A stretch of 59,703 nt of DNA from an uncultured Rickettsiales bacterium (GTDB lineage Bacteria > Pseudomonadota > Alphaproteobacteria > Rickettsiales > CAIJLX01), in the NCBI GenBank assembly GCA_964414595.1, contig CAYPXJ010000001.1:53443-113145 (forward strand), in the 5' to 3' direction. Positions within the stretch are counted from its first letter, which is position 1; each line of letters opens with the position of its first letter. The notes beneath the pieces are model-generated. The model was not told where the DNA came from. It did no database searches and saw nothing but the letters and a program-made list of their open reading frames with translations. Of this stretch, positions 48,903-59,139 are shown piece by piece. The position numbers were made by a program, and so were the translations under genes.

Positions 48903-50746
48903 TTTCGTCTCCACTGCATCATGAAAGCGGCAAAGCCGCCCACCACCATCAACATCACGCCAAGCCATAGGATTCGCATTGCGGGACGATAATAGAGCCG
49001 CAAATGAAAGCGCTGCGAAGGCAAATCAGGATCACTCATCACGCTATAAACATCGCCAAACCAGCCGCTGTCGATCGCCGCCTCACTTGTGCGCTGATCC
49101 TCCACAGGATAAAGCCTGCGTTCGGGATGCAGATAGAATTGGCGTGTTTCATTTGCCACTTTCAGCTCCGCACGATACGCTAGATAGTTTTCGCCTTTCA
49201 CCGGCGTTACCGAAACCAGAGTGATACGGTAATCGGCTATAGTTTCCGTGTCGCCAATTTTGAGCATCACTTCTTTTGACACACTACCAATCGCATAACT
49301 TGCAACCGCAATCGCCATAATACCAAGCCCTGCATGCGCGAGCCACATCGGAAGTTTCGCGCGCCAGCCGATTTTGTCATCGGCACAGACAGAAAACACG
49401 AGCAATAAACCCACCGCTAATAAAAAGATGGAAGAAATAGGCTGGGTATTTTCAAGAAGCAGCAATAGCGCGATCAGCACCGCTACCACGCTTATCAACG
49501 CCTTCACACCCACGCGGCGCGGCGCATCTTTTCCCCACTTCAGCCACCCGCCTAACGCTGCAGCGGGAAGTAAAAACCAACTTAAAGGGCCCACCGTTTG
49601 CGCAAAAAAATCGGGGCCGACCGCAACTAACGCAAATCCCAACCATTGCATCACCAAGGGATAAAGCGTGCCAAGCGCTACGGTAAATAACAGCACCATG
49701 AGTACAATCGTATTGATGAACAACAGCGTTTCGCGCGAGAAATAATGAAACTTTACCGGGGCCGCTTTCCATGCGGCAGCGCGCTTGCCGTATAAAAGGA
49801 GCGGCACACCCACTGCAAAAGTAAGAATCATCAAAATACCTAGCCCACGGGCGGGATCACTCGCAAACGCATGCACCGATGTCAACACGCCGGAGCGCAC
49901 GAGGAAAAATCCGAGCAGTGAAAAACCAAAGGTCAGAATGGTTAGCAATACGGTCCAGCGTTGTTGCAAACCGCGTTTGTGATAAACGATGAGCGCGTGT
50001 AAAAGTGCTGTGCCAGAAAGCCACGGTAATAGCGAGGCGTTTTCTACCGGATCCCAAAACCAGAAACCGCCCCAACCCAATTCGCGGTACGCCCACCAAC
50101 TTCCAAGCGCAATTCCAATGGTTAAAAACGCCCAGGCGGGCCGCACAAATTGCAATTCACGCTCGGCCCAGCGGCGGTCGATTTTACCGCCAATCAGTGC
50201 GGCAGTTACGGAACAGAATGGCAATGCGAATCCTACATACCCTAAATAGAGCAACGGCGGATGAATCGCGAGCGCGACATCCTGAAGCAAGGGATTTAAC
50301 CCCAAACCTTCCAGCGGCGGTAATAGCAAAACCTCAAATGGACTAGCCGTTAGCAACAGCATCAAAGAAAACGCGAGCGTAAGCACTCCGTGTACACCCA
50401 GCGTAACGCGAGACGCGCGCGTTGCAATTAAAACTATCCCCGCCACGGCAAGAAGCCAGATAAACAAAAGCATCGAGCCTTCGTGATTGCCCCACGCACC
50501 TGCGATTTTAAAAAAACGCGGTTTCGCCTGATGGGAATATTCCGCCACCATGCGCCAGTTAAAATCCGAAACCGAAAACGCATGTATTAAGGCAAAAAAA
50601 CCCACCGTGACGCATAGAAAAGCCATGATACACGCTGCTTGCGGCCAGCCCTTTTCGCTATCGCGTTTGGTAAAACCAAAAAAAGCCTGCATGCCGTAAA
50701 GGCCGGCAGCCATCCATACAATAAAAGCGGCAATATCAGCGGGCAT
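48899..50746 (-). CDS. ccmF: Cytochrome c heme lyase subunit CcmF
   Basis: 615 aa and polytopic. It contains the WGGFWFWDPVENASLLPW (WWD) motif. Confidence 0.95.
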   Translation of the reverse strand: MPADIAAFIVWMAAGLYGMQAFFGFTKRDSEKGWPQAACIMAFLCVTVGFFALIHAFSVSDFNWRMVAEYSHQAKPRFFKIAGAWGNHEGSMLLFIWLLAVAGIVLIATRASRVTLGVHGVLTLAFSLMLLLTASPFEVLLLPPLEGLGLNPLLQDVALAIHPPLLYLGYVGFALPFCSVTAALIGGKIDRRWAERELQFVRPAWAFLTIGIALGSWWAYRELGWGGFWFWDPVENASLLPWLSGTALLHALIVYHKRGLQQRWTVLLTILTFGFSLLGFFLVRSGVLTSVHAFASDPARGLGILMILTFAVGVPLLLYGKRAAAWKAAPVKFHYFSRETLLFINTIVLMVLLFTVALGTLYPLVMQWLGFALVAVGPDFFAQTVGPLSWFLLPAAALGGWLKWGKDAPRRVGVKALISVVAVLIALLLLLENTQPISSIFLLAVGLLLVFSVCADDKIGWRAKLPMWLAHAGLGIMAIAVASYAIGSVSKEVMLKIGDTETIADYRITLVSVTPVKGENYLAYRAELKVANETRQFYLHPERRLYPVEDQRTSEAAIDSGWFGDVYSVMSDPDLPSQRFHLRLYYRPAMRILWLGVMLMVVGGFAAFMMQWRRK

Positions 50747-51243
50747 TAGTGTTTGAAGGGGAAGTCTTTACGCTTCACCACCTCATCCCATTTTCCAGAT
50801 GCTTTAAGCTGCTGCGCCACTTCCGGAGGCATATAATTTTCATCGTGCTTAGCGAGTATCTGACTCGCTTCAAAGATACCGTCACGCAACACACCCTCTG
50901 CCACCACGCCCTGATTCTCGGCAAACAAAGCTGGCACAATGCCGCGATAGCGCACTTTCACATTATCGAGATAATCCGTCACAATAAATTCGATGGTTAC
51001 GGCGTCGGGGAATTTCACCAATGTTCCTTTTTCCACCATGCCACCAAGCCGTATGGTTTTACCTTCGGCAATACGCGCAGCCGCTTGCGGATTACTGGCA
51101 AGCTGGCTCGGTGTGTAGAAAAACACCAGATTATTTTGAAAGGAATAAAGCAGCAAACCCAGGCCGATCATCGCAGAAATCAGGGCCGCGCTGATATAAA
51201 AAAGTCGGTTCCACTTAGGCTTTTTGAAAATACGTAAAAACAT
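50746..51243 (-). CDS. ccmE: Cytochrome c maturation heme chaperone CcmE
   Basis: N-terminal anchor, RLGGMVEKG and LAKHDENYMPPEV (the heme-binding His motif). Confidence 0.9.
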   Translation of the reverse strand: MFLRIFKKPKWNRLFYISAALISAMIGLGLLLYSFQNNLVFFYTPSQLASNPQAAARIAEGKTIRLGGMVEKGTLVKFPDAVTIEFIVTDYLDNVKVRYRGIVPALFAENQGVVAEGVLRDGIFEASQILAKHDENYMPPEVAQQLKASGKWDEVVKRKDFPFKH

Positions 51244-51346
51244 CCCGGCACTTCTTCTAGCCTAAATTAGTGCCAGAATCAAAGGGCCCTTCATGCACAA
51301 GCAACGCTTGCGCCCCAAGCAGATAAAAAAACAAAACAGCCGCTAA

Positions 51347-51553
51347 CTACGCGGCGCGCTTTTTCTGGCTATCCGCCAGCGTGGTATGCTTAAACTCGCC
51401 TTGAATCACCCGTACCGAAGCGGTTCGACCAGATTCATCATCCAGCAAACGGCTTAAACGGCGCATGGTGGCACGGTGTTGCCGCCAGACAGAACCTACA
51501 AGAAGAGCTAATACCACGAGCGTTATCGCATACGCAGCTAAAACAAAATGCAT
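51347..51553 (-). CDS. ccmD: Probable heme exporter protein CcmD (with a C-terminal extension)
   Basis: MHFVLAAYAITLVVLALLVGSVWRQHRATMRRL has the single TM followed by the basic patch characteristic of CcmD. It lies just upstream of ccmE. Confidence 0.55.
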   Translation of the reverse strand: MHFVLAAYAITLVVLALLVGSVWRQHRATMRRLSRLLDDESGRTASVRVIQGEFKHTTLADSQKKRAA

Positions 51554-51644
51554 GCACGCCCCCACATCATTTCAGGCACTATCGCCTGAAAGTGTCTATA
51601 GCGCTTTTTCTTGCGAATGCGAAGCGTTTTCTATTTGAGCGAGG

Positions 51645-52523
51645 TTAAAGAACGCAGTGAACGTTCACTACAAACGATTTGACTTTATTCTCTAAAGCCT
51701 TAGGCGATTCCTGGTAATTCGTATGCCATGTTTCATTAAACACCACGTAATTACGCGCCAGGAATTTCTTAAGCATCGAGAGATTAATCGCGATATCCGA
51801 GGTTTTCACCGGCCCGCGCGATTCCAACTGTTCTGATTCTGATTTACTGGGATCAATCACAAATTCATAAAAGCGCGCTTTGCCACGCACCACACCTACG
51901 ACGTTGCCCGTACCATCCAAAAGCGGCCCGCCGCTATTGCCTTGCTTCACCGAATCCTGGAATTGCACCCAATTATTCTCACCGGAAGGTCCGACCGTAT
52001 CCACAATCTCGGATACGCGCATCACATATTGGCCACGCGCGCCTGCTTCAAGAGGATAGCCGAACACCGTCACCGGCTGGCCTTTCTCATATTGGTTGTC
52101 GCGGCGCAGGACAGCAACAGACGGCGGCTGAATATCAGTTTTCAGCAGCGCCAAATCCTGGCTGGGATCCAAAGACACCACTTCCGCTTTGGCAAGTTTC
52201 ACCGGCCCCTTAATATTGACATATTTGCATTTACGCACCACGTGCTCATTGGTTATCAAGTAACCTTCCTTGCTCACAAAAAAGCCCGTGCCGCTCATAA
52301 TAGATATTTTTCTGGTCTTGAAAGGCTTGGTGTTTGATTGTTCAATATCCAAACCATCTTTTTTTGCCTCCGCCGCGAGCGTCTTTTCTGTTAGCAAAAG
52401 CCACAGAAAACAAAGGCCCGTCATAAGACCAACCATAAAATAAACCCGTTGTCGTGTAAAAACAGACGTAACTGGCATTGCGGAATGATGCATAAGAACT
52501 ACCCCTACCTGACGTGATACCAC
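51645..52523 (-). CDS. Trypsin-like (S1) serine protease, membrane-anchored or secreted
   Basis: GTGFFVSKEGYLITNEHVV (His), DLALLK (Asp) and GNSGGPLLD (Ser). Hydrophobic N-terminus. The start is uncertain (ATG 52493 is possible). Confidence 0.8.
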   Translation of the reverse strand: MVSRQVGVVLMHHSAMPVTSVFTRQRVYFMVGLMTGLCFLWLLLTEKTLAAEAKKDGLDIEQSNTKPFKTRKISIMSGTGFFVSKEGYLITNEHVVRKCKYVNIKGPVKLAKAEVVSLDPSQDLALLKTDIQPPSVAVLRRDNQYEKGQPVTVFGYPLEAGARGQYVMRVSEIVDTVGPSGENNWVQFQDSVKQGNSGGPLLDGTGNVVGVVRGKARFYEFVIDPSKSESEQLESRGPVKTSDIAINLSMLKKFLARNYVVFNETWHTNYQESPKALENKVKSFVVNVHCVL

Positions 52524-52549
52524 CTATAGAGGATCGTAACAAAAACTGG

Positions 52550-55210
52550 TTAACAATTCGTTAATATGGCCTTGAGTTTATAAACTAAATCTAGGGCCTC
52601 TTTGGGGGATAAGGTGTCTGGATTCGCACCCATCAAACCTTCAATAATCTCTTGATATTTAATAGATTTTCTATCGTCCGAGACTGAAGTATTTGCCGGA
52701 TTTTGCGAGTTATTCTTAGTGTTGAATAAAGGAATATCGTTAACCAGATCCGCAAAAACCTGGGTCGAATTACGCTGCTCGATGGTTGTAAGAATACGCT
52801 TTGCGCCCACAACCACCGGTTGCGGCAAGCCCGCCAGCTTGGCCACATGAATCCCGTAGGACCGGTCAGCGGCACCCGGCACCACCTCGTGCAGGAACAC
52901 GATATCCTCCTGCCATTCTTTAACCCGCACCGTATAATTCGCCAAATCCGGCAACGTCGTGGCGAGGGCTGTGAGCTCGTGATAATGCGTTGCGAAAAGG
53001 CAGCGGCTGCGGTTGATATTATGCATATATTCAACCACCGCCCAGGCAATCGAAAGCCCATCATACGTGGCTGTTCCGCGTCCTATTTCATCTAAAATCA
53101 CGAGAGAACGCGGCGTCGCCTGATTCAAAATGGCCGCTGTTTCGACCATCTCCACCATAAACGTAGATTGCCCCCGCGCAATGTCATCCGCCGCGCCGAC
53201 ACGGCTAAAAAGCCTGTCCACAATACCGATTTCGGCTTTTTCAGCCGGCACAAAACTGCCGCACTGTGCCATGAGAACAAGCAACGCATTTTGCCGGAGA
53301 AAAGTGCTTTTACCGCCCATATTCGGCCCGGTCATTAGCCAAAGGCGACGGCCCGGTTCCAGCTGCGAATCATTGGGGACAAAGCTTGCTTCGGATAATG
53401 CTTCCACCACCGGGTGGCGCCCTTTTTCAATGCGTAGCACCACTTCTTCACTGATAACTGGCCGCACATATTTACGCCGTACAGCCACCTCGGCAAATGC
53501 ACACCACACATCCAGCTGGGCCAGTGCCTGCGCCGTACGGATAAGCGGGTCAATTTGGGTAATCACTTCACCAATCAAGGCTTCAAAAAGCTGAAGCTCT
53601 AACGTCAGGCTACGCTCCTTTGCCTGAATCAGTTTTGTTTCCAGTTCGCGTAGTTCTTCCGTGCGATACCGCACCGCGCCGGCCATAGTTTGCCGGTGTA
53701 CAAATCCTTCCGGAATTTTTGCCAGATGCTGGCTCGTGACTTCGATGTACAACCCGAGGATATTATTCTCGCCGATCTTCAGTGTGGTGATACCCGTTTC
53801 CCGGCGAAGCCTATCACGCAGCTCTAATTTTGCCGCCTCAGCATGACTGCATAAATGCCGGTATTGATCGAGCGTGGCGTCATAACCTTCGCGAATAAAT
53901 CCACCATCGCGCGCGGCCAATGGCACGATATCATTGAGCGCAGTGACCAAAAGCTGAATCAGCGCATCTTGCGCACACAGCTCAGAAAGCCAGCGTGTAA
54001 TCACCGGAGGCAGTTCCATACCAGAAAATGCAAAAAGTCCTGCAATCTCACGCGCATGATAAAGCCCTTGGCGCAACGCCACTAAGTCCCGTGGGCCGCC
54101 GCGCCGCATGTAAAGCCGCGAACAAATGCGCTCGATATCTGGCACCATTGCCAGATGGTCGCGCAGGCTTTGCCGCATCGCTTCGTTGTGCACAAAATAT
54201 CCCACCGCATCCAGCCGCTGATTAATCGCATGCGCATCGATAAGCGGAGTATGCAATATGTGCCCCAGTAACCGCGTGCCCGCCGAAGTACGGGTTTGAT
54301 TGAGTATGGAAAATAAGCTGCCGCGCACGCCGCCGGAAAGCGCCTGCGTGATTTCCAGATTACGGCGCGTGGCGGCATCCATCATCATAAAATGCGATGC
54401 AAGCATACGCACCGGGACTTGCATACGCGGCTTCTGGCCGCGCTGCGTTGTTTCAATATAATCAATCACCGCACCTGCCGCGGCGATTTCTTGAGAGGTT
54501 AGCGCACCCCAGCTTTCAAGATTTGCGACTTCATAAAACCGCTGGCAAACCCGCCCGCCTTTTTCCGGCGAAAAATAACTATCCACATGGGGATAAAGCT
54601 TAGCCTTAAGCGGCTTAAGAATTTCCCATAATAATTTATCGCCAAGCAACCCTTCCGGCACCAATATTTCCTTAGGCTGAAGGCGGTATAAATCCGCCGC
54701 GAGACCTTCAGGTGATGTTGGCGCCACATGAAATGCACCGCTCGTAATATCCGCCCAGGCCAGCGCATAATCTTTTTTGACGCGCGCAATCGCCAAAATA
54801 TACGAAGTCGCGGTAGCATCCAGCAGCGCTTCTTCTGTGACGGTGCCCGGCGTCATCACGCGCACGACTTCGCGCCGCACGACCGATTTATGCCCACGCT
54901 TTTTGGCCTGTTCCGGCGTTTCCATCTGCTCGCAAATCGCAACACGCTTACCGGCGGAAAGCAGCCGTGCGATATAGGGTTCCACGCTATGATACGGCAC
55001 ACCGCACATAGGAATATCTTCGCCTTTGTGCTGGCCACGACGCGTGAGCGCGACATCAAGAATCGGCGCCGCTTCGATAGCGTCCTCAAAAAACAGCTCG
55101 TAGAAATCCCCCATGCGGTAAAAAAGCAGCACATCTTTATGCTCGGCTTTGAGCGCAAAATATTGCTGCATCGCAGGCGTTGCGGCGTCTTTAGTAAGGA
55201 TTTCCGTCAT
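52550..55210 (-). CDS. mutS: DNA mismatch repair protein MutS
   Basis: 886 aa. TPAMQQYFALKAEHKDVLLFYRMGDFYELFFEDA, Walker A TGPNMGGKST, and DEIGRGT. Confidence 0.95.
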   Translation of the reverse strand: MTEILTKDAATPAMQQYFALKAEHKDVLLFYRMGDFYELFFEDAIEAAPILDVALTRRGQHKGEDIPMCGVPYHSVEPYIARLLSAGKRVAICEQMETPEQAKKRGHKSVVRREVVRVMTPGTVTEEALLDATATSYILAIARVKKDYALAWADITSGAFHVAPTSPEGLAADLYRLQPKEILVPEGLLGDKLLWEILKPLKAKLYPHVDSYFSPEKGGRVCQRFYEVANLESWGALTSQEIAAAGAVIDYIETTQRGQKPRMQVPVRMLASHFMMMDAATRRNLEITQALSGGVRGSLFSILNQTRTSAGTRLLGHILHTPLIDAHAINQRLDAVGYFVHNEAMRQSLRDHLAMVPDIERICSRLYMRRGGPRDLVALRQGLYHAREIAGLFAFSGMELPPVITRWLSELCAQDALIQLLVTALNDIVPLAARDGGFIREGYDATLDQYRHLCSHAEAAKLELRDRLRRETGITTLKIGENNILGLYIEVTSQHLAKIPEGFVHRQTMAGAVRYRTEELRELETKLIQAKERSLTLELQLFEALIGEVITQIDPLIRTAQALAQLDVWCAFAEVAVRRKYVRPVISEEVVLRIEKGRHPVVEALSEASFVPNDSQLEPGRRLWLMTGPNMGGKSTFLRQNALLVLMAQCGSFVPAEKAEIGIVDRLFSRVGAADDIARGQSTFMVEMVETAAILNQATPRSLVILDEIGRGTATYDGLSIAWAVVEYMHNINRSRCLFATHYHELTALATTLPDLANYTVRVKEWQEDIVFLHEVVPGAADRSYGIHVAKLAGLPQPVVVGAKRILTTIEQRNSTQVFADLVNDIPLFNTKNNSQNPANTSVSDDRKSIKYQEIIEGLMGANPDTLSPKEALDLVYKLKAILTNC

Positions 55211-55278
55211 GCGGGAGTTTTAGCGGGCGGCGATTCACCTGTCACCCTTTATCCTACATGAAAACTAGTAACAGACAC

Positions 55279-55319
55279 AAAAAAACAGCCAGTGCTTGCG
55301 CACCGGCTGTCTGTTTTTT
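55279..55319 (-). terminator. Intrinsic terminator downstream of the orphan gene 55318..55905
   Basis: Stem 55285-55310 is acagccAgtgc-ttgc-gcacCggctgt, 10 bp with one mismatch. On the minus strand it is followed by T7 (A7 at 55279-55285 on the plus strand). Confidence 0.7.
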
Positions 55320-55905
55320 ACTTCTGGGCTTCGACAAGCGTCTCAACCACAGATTTTATGCCTTGAAGCCAGTTTTCGGCTTCGCGTTTTTCCACTATAC
55401 CCGGACTTATTCCATCTTCACCTTTCATATGAAAGGAATAGTCAAGGTAATCCGGTTGCTCGGATGGGAAAGTTTTGCAAACATAAACTGCTCCTACATG
55501 CCGATCGAGATCTTGAGCACCAGCCGCTGCAAGTGTGATCGCCTTTTGAAAATCACCTAATGGAAATTCTTCCTCAGGATGATTTTCCGCGAACTCTTTG
55601 CACCTAGTCGCAAAATCCCCAACACCGTTGAGCTGATATCGAAGATCTTCTAAATCTGGAGCCAAAAACACAAAATTCAAATGACCGTCGATATTAATAC
55701 GGCACTCCTTCAAGACTGCGTTTAAAGTCCTGCGAGCTCCGATTCCCACGCTGCATAAGTTGTCGTTTATAGTGAAACTTATAGCCGCATCGACCTTTTC
55801 AAGCGAAATGAACAGATCATAGTCCAGATCCTCATCCTGCAAAATATGCAGCCCTTTAATGACCGCACAACGCACGAGTTCCCAATAGTTCGTGTCCATC
55901 ATCAT
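55318..55905 (-). CDS. Hypothetical acidic 195-aa cytoplasmic protein (orphan)
   Basis: ATG start with an AGGAG RBS 8 nt upstream, and its own terminator. No family recognised. Confidence 0.6.
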   Translation of the reverse strand: MMMDTNYWELVRCAVIKGLHILQDEDLDYDLFISLEKVDAAISFTINDNLCSVGIGARRTLNAVLKECRINIDGHLNFVFLAPDLEDLRYQLNGVGDFATRCKEFAENHPEEEFPLGDFQKAITLAAAGAQDLDRHVGAVYVCKTFPSEQPDYLDYSFHMKGEDGISPGIVEKREAENWLQGIKSVVETLVEAQK

Positions 55906-56220
55906 GATGGGACTCCTATATAAAGAACCAAACTCACCTATGGTATGATGTTAACGCAACATCATCATGGGCAAAAAGAATCACTCTAACCCTAGCATGG
56001 ATGTATGACAGAATTATGACAGGGGTCGCCCTTTAAACCCTTTTTAAGGCTTATTTTCATCATATTCTGGCGCAAAAAATCGGCCCTATCTCAAGGTTCA
56101 TGCTGCGGCGCAGCATCGAAATTTATAAAGAGTTTTTGACTATCTTCCAACCGCTTGCTAGAAACTTGCCACTTATATTTTCCAACTTTTTATTGTGAAT
56201 TGGGGAACACGCAGATTCAT

Positions 56221-58491
56221 ATGAGCCGCGCGAAGATAACGAATCAAGATGCACTAGAGTTTCACCGCCAGGGTCGTCCGGGCAAAATTTCCATTGCGCC
56301 GACAAAGCCGCTGCTCACGCAGCGTGACCTCTCGCTCGCCTATTCGCCGGGCGTTGCCGCACCCTGCGAAGAAATCGCACGCGACCCCGAAACGGCATAT
56401 GAATATACCAGCCGCGGTAATATGGTGGCGGTTATTTCCAACGGCACGGCGGTACTCGGCCTTGGCAATCTCGGCGCACTCGCTTCCAAACCGGTAATGG
56501 AAGGTAAAGCGGTTCTGTTCAAACGCTTCGCCGATATCGATGCCATTGATATCGAAGTAAACACCGAAGACCCGGAAGAATTCATCAATGCGGTGAAATA
56601 TCTCGGCCCAAGCTGGGGCGGTATTAATCTGGAAGATATTCGCGGCCCGGATTGCTTCATTATCGAAAGCAAACTGAAAGAGCTCATGGATATCCCGATT
56701 TTCCATGACGACCAACACGGCACGGCGATTATCGCGCTCGCGGGTATTATGAACGCGCTCGATATCACCGGCAAAAGCATGAAGAAAATCAAGGTGGTAG
56801 TAAATGGCGCGGGCGCTGCGGGCATCGCGTGTTTGGAACTGCTCAAATATATGGGCCTGCCGCACGATAACGCGCTACTCTGCGATAGTTACGGCGTGAT
56901 TTACAAAGGCCGCGAAGAAAGCATGAACCAGTGGAAATCGGCGCATGCGGTCGATACGAAAGAACGCACGCTCACCGACGCGCTGAAAGGCGCGGATGTA
57001 TTCCTGGGTCTCTCGGTTGCGGGTTGCGTAACGCAGACCATGGTTAAAGGTATGGCGAAAAACCCGATCATTTTCGCGATGGCCAATCCTGTGCCGGAAA
57101 TTATGCCGGAAGAAATTGAAGCCGTGCGCAACGATGCGATTATCGCCACCGGCCGTTCGGATTATCCGAACCAGGTGAATAACGTGATGGGTTTCCCCTA
57201 TATTTTCCGTGGTGCGCTGGATGTACGCGCGACGCAAATTAACGAAGAAATGAAAGTCGCCGCGGCGGAAGCACTGGCGAAACTCGCACGCGAGCAAGTT
57301 GCTGACGAAGTTGCTGACGCGTATTCCGGCCGCAAAATGCGTTACGGCCCGGACTATATTATACCTGTGCCTTTTGACCCCCGTCTCATCAGCACGATTC
57401 CACCTGCAGTCGCAAAAGCGGCTATGAAATCGGGTGTTGCGAAAAAACCCATTGAAGATTTCGGCCAGTATAAAATTGATCTCTCTGCACGCCTGAATCC
57501 AACGGTTAATATTCTCAACAACATCTTCCAGCGCGTGAAGCAAAACCCGAAAACCGTGGTGTTTGCGGAAGGCGAGGATGAATCTATTATTCGCGCGGCC
57601 ATCAACTGGAAAGAAAGTGGTTACGGCCATGCGATTCTTGTGGGCCGTGAAGAGCGTGTGAAAAAAGCGCTTGAAGCCATGGGGATGAACGATTTGAAAG
57701 GCGTAGAAATTTCTAACGCCACGAATTGCAAACGTATCGATGACTATATTGATTATCTTTACCGCAAACTTCAGCGCCGAGGCTTCCTGCATCGCGACGT
57801 GGTGCGCATGGTGAAAAACGAGCGTAACTATTTCGCCTCTTGCATGGTCGGTTGCGGCGATGCGGACGCGATGGTCACCGGTTTTACGCGCACCTATCAG
57901 GTGATTTTGGGTACGGTTCGCAATATCTTCAACGCCGAGCCGGGCAAACTCCTTTTCGGCAGTTCTATTGTCGTGGCGCGCAATGGCCGCGCTGTATTTA
58001 TGGCGGATACGACCGTGCACGAATTGCCAACCCCGGAAGAATTGGCGCAGATCGCCATTCAGGCCGCAGATCAAGCACGTCATATGGGTTATGAACCCCG
58101 CGTAGCGCTGCTTTCCTTCTCCAACTTCGGTAACCCGATGCACGAAAAAGCTGAGCGTATCCGCCAGGCCGTGCGTGTACTAGACAAAATGAAGGTCGAT
58201 TTTGAATATGATGGGGAAATGTCCGCCGATGTGGCCCTGAACCCGGATTTGATGAAACTCTACCCATTCTGCCGCCTTTCCGGCCCGGCCAACGTGCTGG
58301 TGATGCCGGCGCTGCATACCGCCAATATTTCTTACAAGCTTTTGCAAGAGCTTGGCGGTGGCACGGTAGTGGGTCCGGTGCTGTGCGGTTTGGAAAAACC
58401 GGTACAGATTGTGCGCATGAACGCGACGGTATCCGAGATATTGAGCTCGGCGGCCTTTGCGGCCATGGGCGCCATTATGGCTGACCGCTAG
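56221..58491 (+). CDS. maeB: NADP-dependent malic enzyme (malic enzyme domain plus a PTA-like C-terminal domain)
   Basis: LSLAYSPGVA, VISNGTAVLGLGN, FHDDQHGTA, VVNGAGAAG and a phosphate acetyltransferase-like tail. The likely start is MSRAKIT at 56221. Confidence 0.9.
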   Translation: MSRAKITNQDALEFHRQGRPGKISIAPTKPLLTQRDLSLAYSPGVAAPCEEIARDPETAYEYTSRGNMVAVISNGTAVLGLGNLGALASKPVMEGKAVLFKRFADIDAIDIEVNTEDPEEFINAVKYLGPSWGGINLEDIRGPDCFIIESKLKELMDIPIFHDDQHGTAIIALAGIMNALDITGKSMKKIKVVVNGAGAAGIACLELLKYMGLPHDNALLCDSYGVIYKGREESMNQWKSAHAVDTKERTLTDALKGADVFLGLSVAGCVTQTMVKGMAKNPIIFAMANPVPEIMPEEIEAVRNDAIIATGRSDYPNQVNNVMGFPYIFRGALDVRATQINEEMKVAAAEALAKLAREQVADEVADAYSGRKMRYGPDYIIPVPFDPRLISTIPPAVAKAAMKSGVAKKPIEDFGQYKIDLSARLNPTVNILNNIFQRVKQNPKTVVFAEGEDESIIRAAINWKESGYGHAILVGREERVKKALEAMGMNDLKGVEISNATNCKRIDDYIDYLYRKLQRRGFLHRDVVRMVKNERNYFASCMVGCGDADAMVTGFTRTYQVILGTVRNIFNAEPGKLLFGSSIVVARNGRAVFMADTTVHELPTPEELAQIAIQAADQARHMGYEPRVALLSFSNFGNPMHEKAERIRQAVRVLDKMKVDFEYDGEMSADVALNPDLMKLYPFCRLSGPANVLVMPALHTANISYKLLQELGGGTVVGPVLCGLEKPVQIVRMNATVSEILSSAAFAAMGAIMADR

Positions 58492-58590
58492 GCATATAAA
58501 AAATGCGCCTCAAGGCTTGACAGGGGGGTAAAATCCCTTTAGAAAGCAGCCCCTGAGCGAAAAATGCTCTGAACTAAAGGAATTAATGAG

Positions 58591-58872
58591 ATGGCAAACC
58601 ATCGTAACGCACTAAAGGCCATACGCCAGACGATCAAACGCACCGAACGCAACCGCGCGCGCCGCAATCGCATTCGTTCGTTTGTGAAGCAAGTTGAGCT
58701 GGCTATCCAGTCCAAAGACAAAGACGCAGCGAAAGCCGCGTTCCGCGCAGCGGAGTCGGAGCTGGCGCGTGGCGTGACAAAAGGTGTTCTGAAAAAGAAA
58801 ACCGCGTCGCGCAAAATCAGCCGCCTGGCGAAAAAAGTTAAAAATATCGACGCGGCACAAGCTTCCGCGTAA
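58591..58872 (+). CDS. rpsT: 30S ribosomal protein S20
   Basis: [33 protein letters not shown] is the canonical S20 N-terminus. Confidence 0.95.
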   Translation: MANHRNALKAIRQTIKRTERNRARRNRIRSFVKQVELAIQSKDKDAAKAAFRAAESELARGVTKGVLKKKTASRKISRLAKKVKNIDAAQASA

Positions 58873-58887
58873 TTCTTCTCTTCATCC

Positions 58888-59082
58888 TTATTTTTTGTTC
58901 GGCAGAAATTCCTTGGCTTTGTCCAAGCCTTCGCCTGCGCCGTGAATCACCTTATCGGTGATTTTCTGCTCGGCGCGATGAACATCCTGCTTTAGCTCGG
59001 CACGATTGCTGGGCGTATTCCAGCCTTGAAAAACCAGATAAATGATAAAGGCGATAACACCCCAGAATAACAAATGATGCAT
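58888..59082 (-). CDS. Small (64-aa) membrane-anchored hypothetical protein
   Basis: AGGAG RBS 7 nt upstream of the ATG. One N-terminal TM (LLFWGVIAFIIYLVF) followed by a charged helix. Confidence 0.5.
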   Translation of the reverse strand: MHHLLFWGVIAFIIYLVFQGWNTPSNRAELKQDVHRAEQKITDKVIHGAGEGLDKAKEFLPNKK

Positions 59083-59139
59083 AGTCAGCTCCTAGGGCGA
59101 CTATAGCATAAATTTACCGGCAACCAAAGCTGCCCTAAA

